The notes under the pieces were generated by a model, which was given only the letters and a program-made list of their open reading frames with translations, had not been told where the DNA came from and did not search any database. Both the position numbers and the translations under genes were made by a program. Positions 15,834 to 23,290 of a stretch of DNA of 34,165 nt are shown here, piece by piece; positions within the stretch are counted from its first letter, which is position 1, and every line of letters begins with the position of its first letter. Source of the DNA: a virus; IMG/VR virus record IMGVR_UViG_3300027985_000326, positions 1-34,165 of that record; one strand, written 5' to 3'.

Positions 15834-18300
15834 GGCCTTCTTCGCCGCGCTTCTGGGGTCGACATGCCTGACCGCGCATCCGGCAGAGGCTGGGCCAGTC
15901 GTCAACTTTCTGGCAGGTATCGTGACAGGCGTGTCGACAGGTGTTGCCGCTGGCGCGGGTATTTCCGGCGCCTATGCCGCCGGCATGACTGTTGGTGCGG
16001 CCGTCTCGGCATTTGCCGCGACAACGGCGGGTAGCATGCTGTTCTCAGTCGGTTTCGCATCCCTTGCCAGTAAAATCCTGGCGCCGCAGGTCACACCGCA
16101 GAAGCTGAAGAAAAATTTCGCGCAGGAGCTCTCCTACATGGAGTGGGCCTATGGCGAGGTCAGGAAGGGTGGGCCGTATTCCTTCTCTGCATGGTCAAAA
16201 TCTGCATCTCCGTCCAACGGCTTGACCGCGGCCAAGCGCCGCCGTCATTTTGGCGTCGCGCTATGCGCAAATCCGATCGAGCGCGTCGTTGCGCACTATC
16301 TCGACGAATGGGAGGTCGACATCGCCGGCACGGCTCCTGACGCCGTCGCTGATGTGCTGTGGGCGTTCGAGGATGAGCAGCTGCTGTCCGGGGAGAGGGT
16401 GCTTTACAGCCATGGTGGCGATGTCAGCTCTGACGGCAGCCGTGTTCTGCTGATTGGGCAGTCGGACCAGACGGAAAATGGCGTCTGGGTCACGGCGCCG
16501 GGGGCATGGTCCAGGCCGGCAGATTTTGCGGATGCCGCGATATTTCCTGGCACGGTTGTCGCCACGCGAGCGACGCTTGGGACCCGGGCCTCCTATCACT
16601 GTGCTTTCGATGGTGGAGCCGTCGGGGCCATCGCCCAGGTCTGGGCGCGCGGGTATCCGCATCAGGGTGGGAAGGTCTCGACCGGCCCGGTCAGCGAGCA
16701 TTTCAGCATCCGCGTGCATGATGGCACGCAGACCACTGCCGATCCGGTATGGCTCGATATTTTTGATGAGGTGTCCGGGACGGACGCCTTCACCGGGATT
16801 TCATACCTCGGGATGTCGGCAGACCGCGTCGGCGCATCGAATTACGCGACAATTTACCCCAATGGGCTTTACACCGTGGCCCCTGCTTTCAGGGGGGAAA
16901 ACCGCATCCTTGACCCGCGGACGGGGCTCCGTGGGTGGAGCAAGAATGCGGCGCTGGTAATCGCGGATGTCGCGACGCGCATCTACGGGAAAACAGTCGA
17001 CTGGGATGCGGTTGCGGTCGAGGCGGATGTGGCAGAGGCACAGGTCGAGAACCGCAACGGCGTGCTTCAGGACCGCTGGACGATCAGCACCACGATCACC
17101 GCCGGGATGACCTGGGAGGATGCCAGGTCCCATCTGATGACCTGTTGCGACGCATTCTTTTTCGAGCGCACGGATGGCGCGCTTGGGTTTTACCTCGGCC
17201 GATATATCGAGCCGACGGTGACCCTGACGGATGCCGATTTCATCTCGATCTCGCCGACGGATCAGCCTGTTGGTCCCGATGATGTATACTCCTATGCCTA
17301 TCGCTATACCGAGCCCGCAGCGCGCTGGTCGGAGGAGGCCACCGGTGCCGTCATCGTCGGGTCAAATCCTGCCGGCGGGAGGCAAGAGCAATCGGCCTAT
17401 GGCATCGACAGCCACAATCAGGCGTGGCGCTGCGCCTATCGATGGGCGCATGTGAGCCGGCCGAGATGGTCGATTTCCGGCGCGACGAAATACATCGGAC
17501 GGCGCTTGCTTGGGCAGCGGTTTTTCCGCCTGCAGCTGGCGCGCCCATCGATCAACATGACATTCGAGATTCAGAGCCTGACACGCAATTCCGGCGGTGG
17601 GTCATGGTCTGTCGAGGCGGTCAGTGTCGAGGCCGCAGATTTTGCGCCGGATGCCCTGACACTGGAGCCTGCACCGCCGACGCGCGAGGTGATCACCACG
17701 GACGACACGGTCGACGTCGTGACTGGCCTGTCAGGCGAGGTGATCGAGGCGACGGGCGGCATCGCGCAGATCCTGTGGTCGTGGCCAGAGCAGAGTGATG
17801 ATCTGACACAGCGCCTGCGCGTCAGAGTCGGTGCGGAGGACTGGAGGTCGATCGACATCACCGAGGGTGAGACGTCGTATCTTATGACCGGCCTGATCGA
17901 CGGTGCGACCTATGGGGCGCAAATCCGGAATCTGACCGGATCCGGACGCCTGTCTGACTGGGCTCCGGATGAACCGATCACCGTGGTGGCTGTCGCGAAC
18001 AGTGTGGCCCCAGCTGCGGTGAGCGATTTTGCGGTCACACTGACTGGCTCCTCTGCTCTCCTGAGCTGGACCGCGCCGAACGACGAAAACTATGCCGCGG
18101 CACGGATCTATCGCGCTGACGGCAGTACTGATTTTGCCGATGCAGATCTGATTTACACCGAGCACGGGGCCCCGAGCACGTCCGACGACTGGACAGACGT
18201 GGCCCCGGGGGTCGGGACGTGGTCGTACTGGATTATTCCGATCAACGCCTCTGGCGTCGGATCTGCCGTCAGCGGCCCGCAGACTATCTCTATTTCCTGA
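15823..18300 (+). CDS. Tail tip / host-specificity protein with two C-terminal FN3-like repeats
   Basis: 825 aa from ATG 15823, in the position of a J-like protein. C-terminal repeats '...LSWTAPNDENYAAARIYR...' look FN3-like. The N-terminus is a hydrophobic Gly/Ala-rich segment. Confidence 0.75.
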   Translation: MLRRAFFAALLGSTCLTAHPAEAGPVVNFLAGIVTGVSTGVAAGAGISGAYAAGMTVGAAVSAFAATTAGSMLFSVGFASLASKILAPQVTPQKLKKNFAQELSYMEWAYGEVRKGGPYSFSAWSKSASPSNGLTAAKRRRHFGVALCANPIERVVAHYLDEWEVDIAGTAPDAVADVLWAFEDEQLLSGERVLYSHGGDVSSDGSRVLLIGQSDQTENGVWVTAPGAWSRPADFADAAIFPGTVVATRATLGTRASYHCAFDGGAVGAIAQVWARGYPHQGGKVSTGPVSEHFSIRVHDGTQTTADPVWLDIFDEVSGTDAFTGISYLGMSADRVGASNYATIYPNGLYTVAPAFRGENRILDPRTGLRGWSKNAALVIADVATRIYGKTVDWDAVAVEADVAEAQVENRNGVLQDRWTISTTITAGMTWEDARSHLMTCCDAFFFERTDGALGFYLGRYIEPTVTLTDADFISISPTDQPVGPDDVYSYAYRYTEPAARWSEEATGAVIVGSNPAGGRQEQSAYGIDSHNQAWRCAYRWAHVSRPRWSISGATKYIGRRLLGQRFFRLQLARPSINMTFEIQSLTRNSGGGSWSVEAVSVEAADFAPDALTLEPAPPTREVITTDDTVDVVTGLSGEVIEATGGIAQILWSWPEQSDDLTQRLRVRVGAEDWRSIDITEGETSYLMTGLIDGATYGAQIRNLTGSGRLSDWAPDEPITVVAVANSVAPAAVSDFAVTLTGSSALLSWTAPNDENYAAARIYRADGSTDFADADLIYTEHGAPSTSDDWTDVAPGVGTWSYWIIPINASGVGSAVSGPQTISIS

Positions 18301-18315
18301 TTTCCGGAGGATCAC

Positions 18316-18933
18316 GTGGCAACAACAATCGCGGATACCGTGGTGCTCGCCGATGGGTCAGTGCCCACGAGCGGACGCATCATTTTCGGGTGCAGAGAGG
18401 CGCCTGATGCGGATGTTCTGAGGACTGCGATCGCAGTGACTCTCGACGCTGGGGGGGCATTTTCCGTCGATCTGGAGGGGAATGGCGATGCGACGGCGTA
18501 TGCCGTTCTGGTCGAGTGCTATTCTGGCGTAACCGACGCGCTGATATCAGAGGCGCGTCCGGATGTCGTGGTCGATGGCTCTGGGTCTGGTACGCTGGCG
18601 GATTATTCCGCGGTACTGCTGCCTGCCGATGCCTCTGACACGGCAGTGCTGCGGCGCGGTGCGACGCTCGATTTTCCGGTGCAGATCCTCGACGAATTCA
18701 GGCGCCCCGTTGACCTGACCGGCAGCACGGTCTCGAGCCGGTTGATTGGCCCGGATGGCGTGACGCGTACACTGACTGCAGAGATCACAGACGCAACTGC
18801 TGGATGGATCGGAATTTATCTGTCAGCGGACAATACGGCGTCTCTGCCGACCGGAAATCATCTCTGGGATCTGACTGTGACGACTGGGTCAGTCGTTGCG
18901 ATCACCCCCGCCAGCACAATCACCGTGGAGTGA
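18316..18933 (+). CDS. Tail/fibre-associated protein with an Ig-like C-terminal half
   Basis: GTG 18316 after GGAGGA. 205 aa. 'RGATLDFPVQILDEFRRPVDLTGSTVSSRLIGPDG...' looks like an Ig-like phage domain. Confidence 0.6.
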   Translation: MATTIADTVVLADGSVPTSGRIIFGCREAPDADVLRTAIAVTLDAGGAFSVDLEGNGDATAYAVLVECYSGVTDALISEARPDVVVDGSGSGTLADYSAVLLPADASDTAVLRRGATLDFPVQILDEFRRPVDLTGSTVSSRLIGPDGVTRTLTAEITDATAGWIGIYLSADNTASLPTGNHLWDLTVTTGSVVAITPASTITVE

Positions 18934-18939
18934 GCAAAA

Positions 18940-20553
18940 ATGAGCACCATTTCCGCTAGGGCGTTCATCCTCGGGTCGCGCCCTGTATCCGGCGTGTCGC
19001 CGTCAGAGCATGCGGCAGATATCGCGGCGCTTAATGATGATCTAGCGACAGAGGTCACGCGCGCCGAGGCGGCGGAGGCTGCAGTCGGCACCGCACTCGC
19101 AGCAGAGGTCAATCGCGCGACCAGCGCCGAGGCTCTCCTTGCCCCGCTCACCAGTCCGGCCCTGACTGGTACGCCGACGGCTCCGACTGCGGAGGTCGGG
19201 ACGAGCTCTGCGCAGATTGCAACTACGGCCTATGTGAATGCTGCCATCGATGGGGGCATCGATGGGCTTGCGTCACAGGCTGATCTTGACGCACGGGTCA
19301 GCCTGATCGGTGGCCCCCTCTGGCTGGATGGCCTCGCGCTGATCGGCGCCGTGCGTGACGCGGCGAAGCGCGTCACCGTCGGGTGGACAGCCGACGGTCA
19401 GACTGTGATCTATAGAGCCGCGATCGAGAAATTGGCCGTCGGTACATCTCTGCTCATTGGAGCCTCTGCGCTGGTCACTCAGGCCGCGCAGTACGTCGGA
19501 AACCTCACTATTCTCCACGGTTGGCGTGACAGCGCCTCGCGGCTGGCGCTGGGCATTTTGTCTGACGGATCAGTCTATGCCCACCACGCGCGGATCACCG
19601 CCCTTGAGGTCGAGAGCCACAACATCCGGGGCCTGACGCCGTTGCTTGATCAGGTGGTGCTGATCGGTGACAGCCTGACTCAGCCCGATGCAAATACGTT
19701 TGCATGGGCGGCAGCGACGGGGTGGGATGTCGTAAATCTCGGGATCGGCGGCCAGACGTCGGTGCAGTGCTCGGCTCGTATTGGAGGCCGCGTGATCGGG
19801 GTGACGATCGACGGCGACCAGATCGTCAGCGGCGCGAATACGATCACTGCGATGGATGGCGCGGCGATCGACATGACAGAGGATGCATTGGATACGCAAA
19901 TTCTGTCCACAGCGAGCGATGGCAAGACGCGGACGCTCCGGGGCAGGCTGGGGTCCGTACTGGGCACGATGCAGCGCAGCACGGAGAGCGGCGTGGGAAC
20001 GGCGGAGATCTATATTTTTACCCCGGATGAGGGTGAGACTGTGCCTGTCTACTGCCCGCCGAACTCGCCTTTCGTGATCGAGGACGCTCTGGCGGACAGC
20101 TATCATCGGTCCATGGTGATTATCGCAATAGGACGCAATGACAATCCATGGGAAGACCCGGACGGAATCATCGCGAATATCGCCGCCATAGTCGAGCGGC
20201 TGCGCGAACGCGGCAATGACCGATTTGTCATTATCCCTCCGCCGAATGGGTATCGTGAGGTCGAGCGGCTCAGCGTCATACCGCATGACGGCTATGACAA
20301 TATTTTGACGCTGGAGCATGCGATAATCGCACGCTGGCCACAAAACACGTTCTCTGCGCGTCGGTGGCTAATCGACTGCGGTCTGGAATCCCTGTCGATT
20401 ACTCCGACGACACAGGATGAAATTGATATCGCCGACGACACGGTTCCGGCGTCTCTGCGCCGCGACGGCATCCACTGGATCAATGAAGCCTATGCCCCAA
20501 TCGTCGCGGCAATCATGGCCCAAATCATCACCCCGAAAGGCTGGCTACAATGA
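18940..20553 (+). CDS. Tail fibre with a C-terminal SGNH/GDSL hydrolase domain
   Basis: N-terminal fibre motif 'LTGTPTAPTAEVGTSSAQIATTAYVNAAI'. SGNH blocks: I 'VVLIGDSLTQ', II 'NLGIGGQTS', III 'IIAIGRNDN', V 'RRDGIHW'. Confidence 0.8.
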   Translation: MSTISARAFILGSRPVSGVSPSEHAADIAALNDDLATEVTRAEAAEAAVGTALAAEVNRATSAEALLAPLTSPALTGTPTAPTAEVGTSSAQIATTAYVNAAIDGGIDGLASQADLDARVSLIGGPLWLDGLALIGAVRDAAKRVTVGWTADGQTVIYRAAIEKLAVGTSLLIGASALVTQAAQYVGNLTILHGWRDSASRLALGILSDGSVYAHHARITALEVESHNIRGLTPLLDQVVLIGDSLTQPDANTFAWAAATGWDVVNLGIGGQTSVQCSARIGGRVIGVTIDGDQIVSGANTITAMDGAAIDMTEDALDTQILSTASDGKTRTLRGRLGSVLGTMQRSTESGVGTAEIYIFTPDEGETVPVYCPPNSPFVIEDALADSYHRSMVIIAIGRNDNPWEDPDGIIANIAAIVERLRERGNDRFVIIPPPNGYREVERLSVIPHDGYDNILTLEHAIIARWPQNTFSARRWLIDCGLESLSITPTTQDEIDIADDTVPASLRRDGIHWINEAYAPIVAAIMAQIITPKGWLQ

Positions 20554-21350
20554 CCTTCACCTCTTTTAACCTCAGCGATGCTTTCACTGGCGACGATCTG
20601 CCGCCCATTGCCTATCCCATTCCCGGCATGAATGCGGGCACAATCCTGGCACTGGATTTCACCAATACACAGTGCGTATCGGCGTCTGGTCTGATCACGG
20701 AGGATACCGAGATCGTGGATCTGTCCGGAGTGCAGAGTGGGTGCCTGCTGGAGGGCACGTTGGGGGGGCGTATCACGGTGTCTACGACCGGTCTCGTTTT
20801 TCCCTCTGGCGGATTTTTCGGGAATACCTGCGGGATCAAGGTGCCGATGCCGGATTTCGATGTCACTGCACCGCATCTTGTCTCCCTGTGGATGGCCGAG
20901 ACAACGGAGCCGCCCGACGGATCCATGAAGACGTTCGGCATTAGCCCGGCGGCCAACCGCAGCGCGAATAAAAATCTTTCGTCGATTTTTTTCGACAATG
21001 GCCCAGACGCCGGCGTCGGCATGCGCGGCTCTTTTTTACCGAGCGGGGCGGAGCTTGGCGTTTTTACGACCACCTCCATACCCGGCGTGGCCCTCGGCAC
21101 TGTGTTCTGTTATGGCTTTGCCTGGGTCCCGGGGTATGGATCGATCGAGTCATTGAACGGCACGGCAGTTCGGTCCACGACCTCAACTGCGACTGAGCTG
21201 GAGACTGTCGTGGACCCCACTCTCTACGCGACTGTTCCTGCGGGCGGTGAAATCTATGCGCTGATGATCGAGCGGCTCGACCTGTCTGGCCGGTCTGCCG
21301 CCGTCGCAGCGGCCGCAGAGTACGCAGCGCGGGCTGAGCAGTTCATGTGA
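20550..21350 (+). CDS. Hypothetical fibre-module protein (266 aa), possibly a lectin-like beta-sandwich
   Basis: ATGA overlap with the fibre gene and beta-rich composition. Function unknown. Confidence 0.6.
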   Translation: MTFTSFNLSDAFTGDDLPPIAYPIPGMNAGTILALDFTNTQCVSASGLITEDTEIVDLSGVQSGCLLEGTLGGRITVSTTGLVFPSGGFFGNTCGIKVPMPDFDVTAPHLVSLWMAETTEPPDGSMKTFGISPAANRSANKNLSSIFFDNGPDAGVGMRGSFLPSGAELGVFTTTSIPGVALGTVFCYGFAWVPGYGSIESLNGTAVRSTTSTATELETVVDPTLYATVPAGGEIYALMIERLDLSGRSAAVAAAAEYAARAEQFM

Positions 21351-21428
21351 TCTGCTGGCCCCTGGGCGCAATCCAACGCGATCTCGTGGTTGTTGGGTAA
21401 AGACTGCCGAATGCTTTGCTGCAACTGA

Positions 21429-21557
21429 GTGAACTGCCCGGAGACGATCGCGTCCGGGCTCGCCGGGATCGCCGGCGTGACGCTGGGGGAGAGCTGGGGG
21501 CAGACCTATGCTTCCGCCGGGGTGCAGGTCATCGCGCCCGATGCCCCCACGCCCTGA
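21429..21557 (+). CDS. Candidate unannotated 42-aa ORF
   Basis: GTG 21429 directly after an in-frame TGA. 38 of 41 third positions after the GTG are G/C. Ends 30 nt before a terminator. No clear RBS. Confidence 0.3.
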   Translation: MNCPETIASGLAGIAGVTLGESWGQTYASAGVQVIAPDAPTP

Positions 21558-21587
21558 CGGGGCCAAAAAACCAACCCAAGAAGATGC

Positions 21588-21609
21588 ACCCGCCACTGGC
21601 GGGTTTTTT
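21588..21609 (+). terminator. Intrinsic terminator between the fibre and lysis genes
   Basis: A-CCCGCC-ACT-GGCGGG-TTTTTT, 6-7 bp GC stem plus T6. Confidence 0.75.
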
Positions 21610-21631
21610 GTTGCCGGAAAGGGGCAGGACA

Positions 21632-21898
21632 GTGACGACTGACAAACTGGATCAGATTGCGACGCGGGCAGGGTGGGCCACGATCCCGGGGGCGATCAGC
21701 TTCCCGGCCTGGTGGCCTTCGCTCGAGAGTGCTTCCAGCCTCGCCTCGCAGCTGGTGCCGATCGTGGGGCTGCTGATCGCGGTGGTGAACCTCGCGCTGC
21801 TGATCCGCAAATGGCGGCGGGGCCGGGGCTTCTGCGCCGACGAGAATGGCGCCGTGGGCCGGATGGATTTTCATGGAGAACGAGATGCGCACATCTGA
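21632..21898 (+). CDS. Holin-like membrane protein (88 aa)
   Basis: GTG 21632 after AGGGGCAGGA. TM segment 'LVPIVGLLIAVVNLALLI' followed by 'RKWRRGRG'. Overlaps the endolysin start. Confidence 0.6.
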   Translation: MTTDKLDQIATRAGWATIPGAISFPAWWPSLESASSLASQLVPIVGLLIAVVNLALLIRKWRRGRGFCADENGAVGRMDFHGERDAHI

Positions 21899-22715
21899 CC
21901 GCGGCATTGCCGCGCTGATCGGGCATGAGGGGATCGTGCCCGGTCCATACCTCGATAGTGTCAACATCTGGACGTGGGGCGTCGGTCACACGGCTGCAGC
22001 TGGGGCCCCGATCCCGGCCGCGATGCCGCGCGGGATGCCCGCCGATCTCGATGCTGCGATCCGCGAGGCAATGACCGTGTTTGCTGCTGATCTCGCTAGC
22101 TATGAGGCTGAGGTCAATCTCGCGCTGACGCGAGAGATCACGCAGGCGCAGTTCGATGCACTGGTGTCGTTTCATTTCAACACCGGGGCGATCAGGCGCG
22201 CTACCCTGACGCAGCGCATCAACGCGGGCGACATGGCTGGCGCCGCCAGGGCGTTCCTAAACTGGAAAACGCCGTCGAGCATCGTCGGCCGGCGCACCGC
22301 TGAGATGATGCTGTTTCGCGATGGCGTCTATCCGAACGCTTCGATCAACGTCTGGCAGGCGTCCACGGCTGGAAAGGTCATCTACAAAGCCGTCAGAACA
22401 CTCACGCCGGCGGAGGCCATTACCCTCATGCGCGCTGACTGGGGCGATGACGCCCCGCTGGTCGCGAGCACCGAGGACAGCGGCGCCGAGGAAACAGATC
22501 AGGTCACCGGCCTGCCTATCCTCGCGCGAGGCTCTAAGGGCGAACATGTCAGGCTCGCGCAGACGCGCCTCGTCTCGCGCGGCTATGACCTAACGATCGA
22601 CGGAGATTTTGGCCGTCGCACAGAGCGCGCCGTGCGCCGGTTCCAAGCTGCGACGCTTCTCAGGATCGACGGTCGCATCGGGCCGATTACTTGGAACCAC
22701 CTCAACCTCATCTGA
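21885..22715 (+). CDS. Endolysin: GH24-type lysozyme plus C-terminal peptidoglycan-binding domain
   Basis: 'ALIGHEGIVPGPYLDSVNIWTWGVGHT' gives E..D..T spacing of T4/lambda-type lysozymes. C-terminal 'GEHVRLAQTRLVSRGYDLTIDGDFGRRTERAVRRFQ' resembles PG_binding_1. Confidence 0.85.
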   Translation: MRTSDRGIAALIGHEGIVPGPYLDSVNIWTWGVGHTAAAGAPIPAAMPRGMPADLDAAIREAMTVFAADLASYEAEVNLALTREITQAQFDALVSFHFNTGAIRRATLTQRINAGDMAGAARAFLNWKTPSSIVGRRTAEMMLFRDGVYPNASINVWQASTAGKVIYKAVRTLTPAEAITLMRADWGDDAPLVASTEDSGAEETDQVTGLPILARGSKGEHVRLAQTRLVSRGYDLTIDGDFGRRTERAVRRFQAATLLRIDGRIGPITWNHLNLI

Positions 22716-22729
22716 AAGGAACACATCCG

Positions 22730-22924
22730 ATGAACGCTGTTTACGTCCGCATCCTCGCATATACCCTGAGCACTGTCCTCACTTCGCTTCTCGCGGCGGT
22801 CCCTGATTGGGGGGCTGTTGTGTCTGACGGAAAGCTAGTCATCGATCTGAGCACATTCGCCGGAGCTACAATCGCAGCGCTCGGGCTGAACGGCATGATC
22901 TTCGCGAAATGGGGCGTCAAGTGA
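22730..22924 (+). CDS. Two-TM small membrane protein (64 aa), second holin or antiholin-like
   Basis: ATG 22730 after GAAAGGAAC. Hydrophobic segments at about residues 5-24 and 43-60. Confidence 0.6.
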   Translation: MNAVYVRILAYTLSTVLTSLLAAVPDWGAVVSDGKLVIDLSTFAGATIAALGLNGMIFAKWGVK

Positions 22925-22939
22925 ATCTCACCAGCGCCG

Positions 22940-23065
22940 GTGGAGATCCCGGCGCGGGATCTGACCGGCGCCGAGGTCGAGGTGATGTGGGGGCGTGACC
23001 GCTCGGCACTGCGCGCCTGTGGCAGTCAGGCGGAGGCGCTGGCGGGGTGGGTAGTCATCCAGTAA
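22940..23065 (+). CDS. Candidate short ORF (41 aa from GTG 22940, or 26 aa from ATG 22985), in frame with 22730..22924 beyond its TGA
   Basis: About 83% GC3 over 46 codons. GAGG lies 8 nt before ATG 22985. Product '...MWGRDRSALRACGSQAEALAGWVVIQ'. Confidence 0.3.
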   Translation: MEIPARDLTGAEVEVMWGRDRSALRACGSQAEALAGWVVIQ

Positions 23066-23081
23066 TCGGCCGGCCCCTCAT

Positions 23082-23104
23082 CACTATGCATGCCGTGCAT
23101 AGTG
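23082..23104 (+). other. AT-rich 9-bp inverted repeat in the attP arm / possible late-operon terminator
   Basis: CACTATGCA-TGCCG-TGCATAGTG followed by a U-rich-ish CTTGGGGTTTGCTCTTTGG. Located 17 nt after the last late ORF. Confidence 0.4.
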
Positions 23105-23213
23105 CTTGGGGTTTGCTCTTTGGTGCGTTGAACCTGCGCGGACCGTGAATGCCTGCGAATTTCTGCTACATTCCTCCTGAAAACATTGCTCTTTTGCGTG
23201 AAATCCCTTGTTT

Positions 23214-23276
23214 TGTGGTAGGTGCTGCCTCCTCCTAAGGGGCAGGTTGGTGGTTCGAATCCACTCGGGGTCACCA
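23214..23276 (+). tRNA. Partial (3' ~50-60 nt) tRNA-Arg(CCU)-like segment = attP core; not a complete tRNA gene
   Basis: Anticodon stem GCCTC/GGGGC, loop CT-CCT-AA, variable AGGTT, T-arm GGTGG-TTCGAAT-CCACT, acceptor 3' strand CGGGGTC-A-CCA. No matching 5' acceptor strand upstream. The integrase stop is 14 nt away. Confidence 0.75.
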
Positions 23277-23290
23277 ATAAAATCAAGGAC

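Noticed and set aside
14201-18300. A GTA-type (RcGTA g12-g15-like) tail-tip module
   Set aside because: The gene order and a small Cys-motif protein are reminiscent. However, the N-terminal sequences of the 216-aa and 189-aa proteins do not match what I recall of the DUF2460 and DUF2163 families. I cannot support the claim without alignments.
23141-23276. A complete tRNA gene
   Set aside because: Bases 23201-23207 (AAATCCC) cannot pair with the 3' acceptor strand CGGGGTC, and the D-arm does not form. The only partial 5' match (GACCGTG at 23141) would make a 136-nt molecule. It is treated as a 3' tRNA fragment, the attP core.
23026-23286. 86-aa minus-strand ORF across attP
   Set aside because: It contains 'LVTPSGFEPPTCPLGG', the characteristic translation of an antisense tRNA T-arm and acceptor region. 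It lies in the AT-rich att region and has no RBS.
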